DNA from: Escherichia coli
GTDB lineage: Bacteria; Pseudomonadota; Gammaproteobacteria; Enterobacterales; Enterobacteriaceae
DNA: 64,000 bases
NCBI RefSeq assembly: GCF_002854065.1
Contig: NZ_CP024147.1
Reading direction: 5' to 3' (one strand)
Under the pieces are notes generated by a model. The model did not search any database, had not been told where the DNA came from, and was given only the letters and a program-made list of their open reading frames with translations. Positions 58,879 through 64,000 of this stretch are shown piece by piece; within the stretch, counting starts at the first letter, position 1; the number at the start of each line of letters is the position of its first letter. A program made the translations under genes and the position numbers.

Positions 58879-60199
58879 TGTCTTTCAAAACCTTTCGCAA
58901 AGTGGATTGGAAATTATAGCGCTGATTAAAGTTGGCAAAGACATTTCGACTATGAGTAGCCATGTTAATGAGCTCATCTTTTTTAAGCGATGTAATGAAC
59001 TCAGCACACTTTTGCGCAGATTCGATCTGATGGTACGCTTCTGTCGACTCAATCCCTTCCATAGCAGCTTTAGTTGAAACTAATGGAACACCATAAGAAA
59101 GCGCCTCCAGACATTTAACTTTCAACCCTGAAAGTAATTCATCTGGATTGATAATTACATCGCAGGAATGGTAGAACTTATCAAGGCTCTCACAAAAACC
59201 GAGGATATTAACAAAACCAGGGTACTGTCTACCTTCAAGAGCTCCGCAAATTGTTCCTGAAATATCGAGTCTTACATTATGATCAAGTTTACTTAAGCTA
59301 TCGATAAAATTGTTGATCGCAACGACATTTGGATAGTGCCCAGAGGCCATAAAGCCAACAACGATCTTTTTATTGGATGTTGGGACATAATCAATAAAGT
59401 TTACGTCCAGAATAGGTGGCTGAACAATGACTTGGGAACTAACATTCTCCCTGAAGTAACGGCCTTCTGCTTCTTGAATAGCAAATATATAATTAGCTCT
59501 TGATAACCCAATGGTTTCTTCTTTCTTCGATGTAGAGAAATAGAATTTATCTTGTGAAATACCAATTTTTGCCATTCGAGTGTTCCTCTTAGCAAAAACA
59601 TCGTGAGTATCGATCACTGAGACTGTATTAGGTTTAAGGTATAAACACAATTTTGACAGGAAGACATAATTAACAATTGCAATCTGATAATTATTCATCG
59701 CAGAAAGTGCAGCAACAAATTGACATATTTCATCATCAAGCCAATCGTCAATTTTATTTCCATCAGGAATTATTTGCTGATTGACATCGTGTCTTAGAGT
59801 GCCGAACTTTCCGTTCCGACATTTTATATTATAAGTATAATCCCAATCAACACTATTTGAATCCCAAGGTGAATTATTGAAAACAATAGCGTGAATTGTG
59901 AATCCTAGGGATTTTAATGTCGCAATTTTTGTATCAATATTTTTCCCGACGGCATCATTTCCATAAAAAGGCATAATGACTAGCGCATTTTTATCTGAAC
60001 TTGACTTTAAAATTTTTGGAAAAACAGTAAATTCATTTGCATTTTGTTCAGCATTAACGTTCAACGCTTTAATTAATAACCGCCTTGGGTAATGAGCGTT
60101 AACCATGAGGGCAAATAATTTCCAAAGCTTACGTGCGAGCCTGGTATACCTGAATTTAACAAAAGCTTTCTTCAAAAATCTGGTGATTGTGTTTTTCAT
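58871..60199 (-). CDS. Glycosyltransferase (GT1-like C-terminal domain), O-antigen cluster
   Basis: 442-aa ORF; C-terminal region with E(x7)E-like GT1 features; overlaps neighbours by 4-8 nt. Confidence 0.5.
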   Translation of the reverse strand: MKNTITRFLKKAFVKFRYTRLARKLWKLFALMVNAHYPRRLLIKALNVNAEQNANEFTVFPKILKSSSDKNALVIMPFYGNDAVGKNIDTKIATLKSLGFTIHAIVFNNSPWDSNSVDWDYTYNIKCRNGKFGTLRHDVNQQIIPDGNKIDDWLDDEICQFVAALSAMNNYQIAIVNYVFLSKLCLYLKPNTVSVIDTHDVFAKRNTRMAKIGISQDKFYFSTSKKEETIGLSRANYIFAIQEAEGRYFRENVSSQVIVQPPILDVNFIDYVPTSNKKIVVGFMASGHYPNVVAINNFIDSLSKLDHNVRLDISGTICGALEGRQYPGFVNILGFCESLDKFYHSCDVIINPDELLSGLKVKCLEALSYGVPLVSTKAAMEGIESTEAYHQIESAQKCAEFITSLKKDELINMATHSRNVFANFNQRYNFQSTLRKVLKDNG

Positions 60200-60726
60200 A
60201 ATGGAATAGATAACAGATCAGAATAAACTGGATATGTGGCATAACCTACAGCAGGAATCTGATGGCCCGTCTCAACTAAAAAAACTCGGCCCAACCCAAA
60301 CTTTAATCCGGCTTCTACATCACCCAGTTTATCACCAACAATAAAAGATTGTTTTAAGTCAATGGAATAATCACGAGCTGCAGACTCGAACATACCCGTA
60401 TTAGGTTTGCGGCACGAACAATCACATCGATATTCAGGGACAATTCCATCTGGATGATGAGGGCAATAATAGATATCTAATATATCGATACCCTGTGATT
60501 TCAAGATACCCCTATACCACTTTGTCAATTTATCATAATCAGATAAGGTGTAATATCCTTTGGCAATTCCGGCCTGATTTGTCACAATGATTATTTTATA
60601 ACCATGAGCAATAAATCTTTTCATGCCACTGATACAGTTTTTGGTAAATTCAAAATCTTCAATTTTATATAGATAATTGACTTCCTTATTAATTACACCA
60701 TCGCGATCAAGAAATGCCACTTTCAT
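60196..60726 (-). CDS. gmhB: D-glycero-D-manno-heptose 1,7-bisphosphate phosphatase (HAD family)
   Basis: 176-aa ORF with HAD motif FLDRDGVIN and zinc-binding C..H.H..C..C signature typical of GmhB. Confidence 0.75.
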   Translation of the reverse strand: MKVAFLDRDGVINKEVNYLYKIEDFEFTKNCISGMKRFIAHGYKIIIVTNQAGIAKGYYTLSDYDKLTKWYRGILKSQGIDILDIYYCPHHPDGIVPEYRCDCSCRKPNTGMFESAARDYSIDLKQSFIVGDKLGDVEAGLKFGLGRVFLVETGHQIPAVGYATYPVYSDLLSIPL

Positions 60727-61400
60727 TTAAATCTCTCACATGCAATGAAATAATCTTCAGGAATTCCTATATCGATAAAATATGAGGAATTAACGTAGGC
60801 CTTAAACTCTCCTTTGAATTTAGGCAAAAAATCAGATTCAAAAGAAAATTTATTCCCAGCAAACTTGCTCATAATTTCCTTTGAGACAATATAAATTCCA
60901 CTGTTAATAATTCCAGGGCCAGTTCTTCCCTTTTCTACCATAGCATTAACATTAGATTTCTCATCTAAATCTAAACTACCATAACGAGCGACATCATTAA
61001 CTTCGACACCAGATATTAGAAGATCTGTTCCCTTCGAAGCTTCTATGAAGTCACTATAATTAAGCTCGCAGTACGTATCACCATTAAGAACAATGAATTT
61101 ATCCGTTCTGACTTTAGAACTGGCATATTTAATTGCGCCACCAGTTCCTAGAGGTTCTTTTTCGACAACAAAGTCAACCTCACAACCAACAGGGTTGTCA
61201 TGGACAACCCTGTCGATGATATAGTCAGCTTTGTAGGATAATGATAGTATAATTCTGGTAGCTCCTTGTTTTTCAAGATACGTCATTAGACGATAAAGAA
61301 ATGGTTGCCCTGAAATATCTACCATTGGCTTAGGAAGCTCGCCACTAACACTCTTCAGACGAGTACCTAGCCCTCCTGCCAAAATAACTACATCATACAT
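60723..61400 (-). CDS. hddC: D-glycero-alpha-D-manno-heptose 1-phosphate guanylyltransferase
   Basis: 225-aa ORF with nucleotidyltransferase motif ILAGGLGTRL; sits within gmhA/hddA/gmhB set. Confidence 0.7.
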   Translation of the reverse strand: MYDVVILAGGLGTRLKSVSGELPKPMVDISGQPFLYRLMTYLEKQGATRIILSLSYKADYIIDRVVHDNPVGCEVDFVVEKEPLGTGGAIKYASSKVRTDKFIVLNGDTYCELNYSDFIEASKGTDLLISGVEVNDVARYGSLDLDEKSNVNAMVEKGRTGPGIINSGIYIVSKEIMSKFAGNKFSFESDFLPKFKGEFKAYVNSSYFIDIGIPEDYFIACERFK

Positions 61401-61402
61401 AA

Positions 61403-61993
61403 TTATTTATCTTCTGGTTTGAAAATGGCACGTTCAACAATTGCGCAGATCATATGACCAATGCAAATATGGCATTCTTGAATGTATGGTGTAATTTTAG
61501 AAGGTACATTAATTGAATAGTCTACCAAATCTTTAAGCTTACCTGCTTCACCACATAGCGCCACGCTTGTCACACCCAGTTCTTTTGCCAGTTCCATCGC
61601 GTTAATGATATTAACGGAGTTACCTGAAGTACTGATGCCAATGAAAACATCACCTGGCTTGCTTTGAGCTTGCAGTTGTCTTGCAAATAGTTTATCAAAT
61701 CCGTAGTCATTGCCGATAGCCGTTAGCATCGAGGTATCAGTGGTGATAGCAATGGCTGGTAATCCTGGTCTATCGAAAAAGAAGCGACTGACGAACTCAG
61801 CCGCGATATGCTGAGAATCAGCAGCACTACCACCATTCCCGGCAAGAATTACTTTATTCCCGTTTTTATATGCATTGATAATCAAATCTGCAACTAAAGA
61901 GATTTGGCTCAATACACTGTCAGATTCCTGAAGCAATTTTTTTACTGCAATGCTGTCATCAAGATATGCTTTAATATAATTTACATTGTCCAT
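61403..61993 (-). CDS. gmhA: Phosphoheptose isomerase (SIS domain)
   Basis: 196-aa ORF with SIS motifs (ILAGNGGSAADSQH, ISTSGNS). Confidence 0.8.
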   Translation of the reverse strand: MDNVNYIKAYLDDSIAVKKLLQESDSVLSQISLVADLIINAYKNGNKVILAGNGGSAADSQHIAAEFVSRFFFDRPGLPAIAITTDTSMLTAIGNDYGFDKLFARQLQAQSKPGDVFIGISTSGNSVNIINAMELAKELGVTSVALCGEAGKLKDLVDYSINVPSKITPYIQECHICIGHMICAIVERAIFKPEDK

Positions 61994-63009
61994 GAATATG
62001 CTCCATCCTCGACAAATTGGAATTTATAGACTTCGCCACCAAACTCTTGTAGTTTACGTTCGATCAACTGTTTTCGCTCCGGTTCAACGAATAGCATCAT
62101 AAAACCACCGCCACCGGCACCTGAAACTTTCATTGACTTAACACCGATACTAAACACTTCCTTCTCGATTTTCTCAATCATCGGATTACTGATTGACGAT
62201 GAGGTGTTTTTCTTACTTTCCCATGCATCCAGGAATGTCGCGGCCATAGCATCGATATCAGATTTGAGTAAGTGTTCTTTAATCTGATATGCTGATTCTT
62301 TAACTTTATGCATAGCCATCAGTTTAGACTCTTTGTCACTCTCTAAAGATCTAATCTGGTCATCAATAATTTTCGCAGAGTCTCTCGAAGCCCCTGTAAA
62401 ATAAAGAATCAGGGATGACTCTAACTCATTTATTATATATCTACGAATTCTAAGTGGGTTAACAATAACGCGATTACCTTCATAAAACTCCATGAAATTA
62501 AAACCACCAAATGTTGCAGCATACTGATCTTGTTTACCACCTGATAAACCACAGTCTACTCGCTCAATCTTGAATGCTAACTGGGCCAGATCATATTCTC
62601 CAAGAGGCAGAGAATACATTTGCCGTAGTCCTTCAAGCATTGAAACAACAACCGTCGATGATGACCCCAAACCGCTACCTGCAGGAGCGTCAGAATGAGT
62701 AATGATACGAACCGGTTTTAATTCGCCGTCAAAATAATCATTCATGACTCGAAGGTAAACTGCTCGATGCAGTTTTAGCTTCCCTTCAATCGTTACACCA
62801 TTGGTAAGATCAATCTCTTCTCTGATATTAAGGTCGGTTGCCTCAAAAATAACTTTACTACCTTCAAGCTCATCATCAATGTAAGCATACGCATACATAT
62901 TGATGGTCGCATTCAGTACACACCCACCGAATGTATCGCTATAAGGTGAAACATCTGTCCCACCTCCTGCAATGCCTAAACGTAGAGGCGCTTTGCTTCT
63001 AACTTTCAT
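61981..63009 (-). CDS. hddA: D-glycero-alpha-D-manno-heptose 7-phosphate kinase (GHMP kinase)
   Basis: 342-aa ORF with GHMP kinase motif PAGSGLGSSS. Confidence 0.75.
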   Translation of the reverse strand: MKVRSKAPLRLGIAGGGTDVSPYSDTFGGCVLNATINMYAYAYIDDELEGSKVIFEATDLNIREEIDLTNGVTIEGKLKLHRAVYLRVMNDYFDGELKPVRIITHSDAPAGSGLGSSSTVVVSMLEGLRQMYSLPLGEYDLAQLAFKIERVDCGLSGGKQDQYAATFGGFNFMEFYEGNRVIVNPLRIRRYIINELESSLILYFTGASRDSAKIIDDQIRSLESDKESKLMAMHKVKESAYQIKEHLLKSDIDAMAATFLDAWESKKNTSSSISNPMIEKIEKEVFSIGVKSMKVSGAGGGGFMMLFVEPERKQLIERKLQEFGGEVYKFQFVEDGAYSWTM

Positions 63010-63025
63010 AACAAAAGAATCCCTA

Positions 63026-64000
63026 TTAACGATTCAGAGGAATGCGGCCAGATGCGATTTCTTTTCTCCAGTGCTGGAGTAAATCACGAAACATATCTGT
63101 CGCTTTTATTTCTGGTTTCCAGTCAATGAAATTCCTGATTTTAGTATTATCAAACATTTGGTAATCGGCATCAATTGGACGCAGGCGATCTGTATCTGTA
63201 ACAACTTCAATATCGTCACGAGTGCTAAAGCTCAGTAAAAGGTCTATAACCTCAGGAAGTTTGAATGCTTCTTCACCTGCAATATTAAATGCTTCGCCGA
63301 AAGGAACATTCCCTTTTTCGCTCTCCAGAGCTAATAAATAGTATGCACGCACAGCGTCTCTAGCATCTTGGAAAGTACGTACGCTTGCTAAATTGCCAAC
63401 TTTTAATTTTGGTTCCTGATGTCCAGCTTCGATCAAGGCAATCTGCTTGGCAACAGTACTTTCGAAAAATACATCACTACGGCGTGGGCCTGTATGTGTG
63501 CCCATGCGAGTGATAAATGTACGCAACCCATATGCCTCGCCATAAAAACGCCCTAAATAATCGGTACCAATTTTACTAATGCTGTAAGGGCTAGCGCCAT
63601 GGAACTGCGTATCTTCGTTTAAAGCTTCACCTACTTTTGCTCTACCATAAACTTCACTAGAAGAACAAACATGAACAACAGGATCATAACCATCTTGTTG
63701 TTTTAGTTTTTTAATGCATTCCAACAGATTGGCAGTACCAATAATATTGGTCTGCAAGGTCTCGATCGGAATATCGAATGAGGTGCGGGGAAATGACTGC
63801 GCAGCAAGGTGGAAAATGAATTTTGGACGCTTCGCTTCAATTAAGTTATACATGGAAGTATAGTCATTAAGGTCTGCGTATTGGATGAATACTCTATCCT
63901 TTTTATTAATCCGGTCTGTTAAATGATAGATATTATCCATTGGCTCTTGCCAACGCATCATTCCAATTACTGTGTCGGTTGTATTCTCTAAAATATAATC
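63026..64000 (-). CDS. NAD-dependent epimerase/dehydratase (Gmd/Rmd-like): probable GDP-heptose 4,6-dehydratase or 4-reductase; N-terminus lies beyond window end
   Basis: 311+ aa SDR-family ORF with catalytic S..YxxxK (SSSEVYG...YSISK); frame stays open to the window edge. Confidence 0.65.
   Translation of the reverse strand, partial: DYILENTTDTVIGMMRWQEPMDNIYHLTDRINKKDRVFIQYADLNDYTSMYNLIEAKRPKFIFHLAAQSFPRTSFDIPIETLQTNIIGTANLLECIKKLKQQDGYDPVVHVCSSSEVYGRAKVGEALNEDTQFHGASPYSISKIGTDYLGRFYGEAYGLRTFITRMGTHTGPRRSDVFFESTVAKQIALIEAGHQEPKLKVGNLASVRTFQDARDAVRAYYLLALESEKGNVPFGEAFNIAGEEAFKLPEVIDLLLSFSTRDDIEVVTDTDRLRPIDADYQMFDNTKIRNFIDWKPEIKATDMFRDLLQHWRKEIASGRIPLNR

Overview
Enterobacterial (Escherichia/Shigella-type) chromosomal segment, read by eye from the ORF track and sequence with no database search. 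Gene order is yeeJ(3' part)-yeeL-shiA-amn-yeeN-[IS1]-tRNA-Asn-yeeO-tRNA-Asn-cbl-nac-tRNA-Asn-ldtA-cobTSU-[IS5]-yeeX-yeeA-sbmC-dacD-[~15 kb degraded prophage in the 5' end of sbcB]-sbcB-yeeD-yeeE(IS1-disrupted)-plaP-yeeZ-hisLGDCBHAFI-ugd-gnd-[O-antigen genes]. Four complete 768-bp IS1 copies and one 1195-bp IS5 are present. Main points of interest: (1) a cryptic prophage (acyltransferase, Mu-like baseplate/tail-fibre module, Rad52-like/SSB recombination module, AlpA, P4-type integrase) whose attachment site replaces the first codons of sbcB; (2) an AT-rich O-antigen locus next to gnd encoding a complete GDP-heptose pathway plus a Gmd/Rmd-like enzyme (6-deoxyheptose type) and a fused GT2-FkbM methyltransferase, with no wzzB between hisI and ugd; (3) IS-mediated remodelling (an IS1 without target duplication at the edge of a prophage deletion; IS1 insertions in yeeE and in a phage zinc-ribbon gene). 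Gene names come from recognising the proteins and their synteny from memory; where a reference gene is called absent, that relies on my recollection of the K-12 map.
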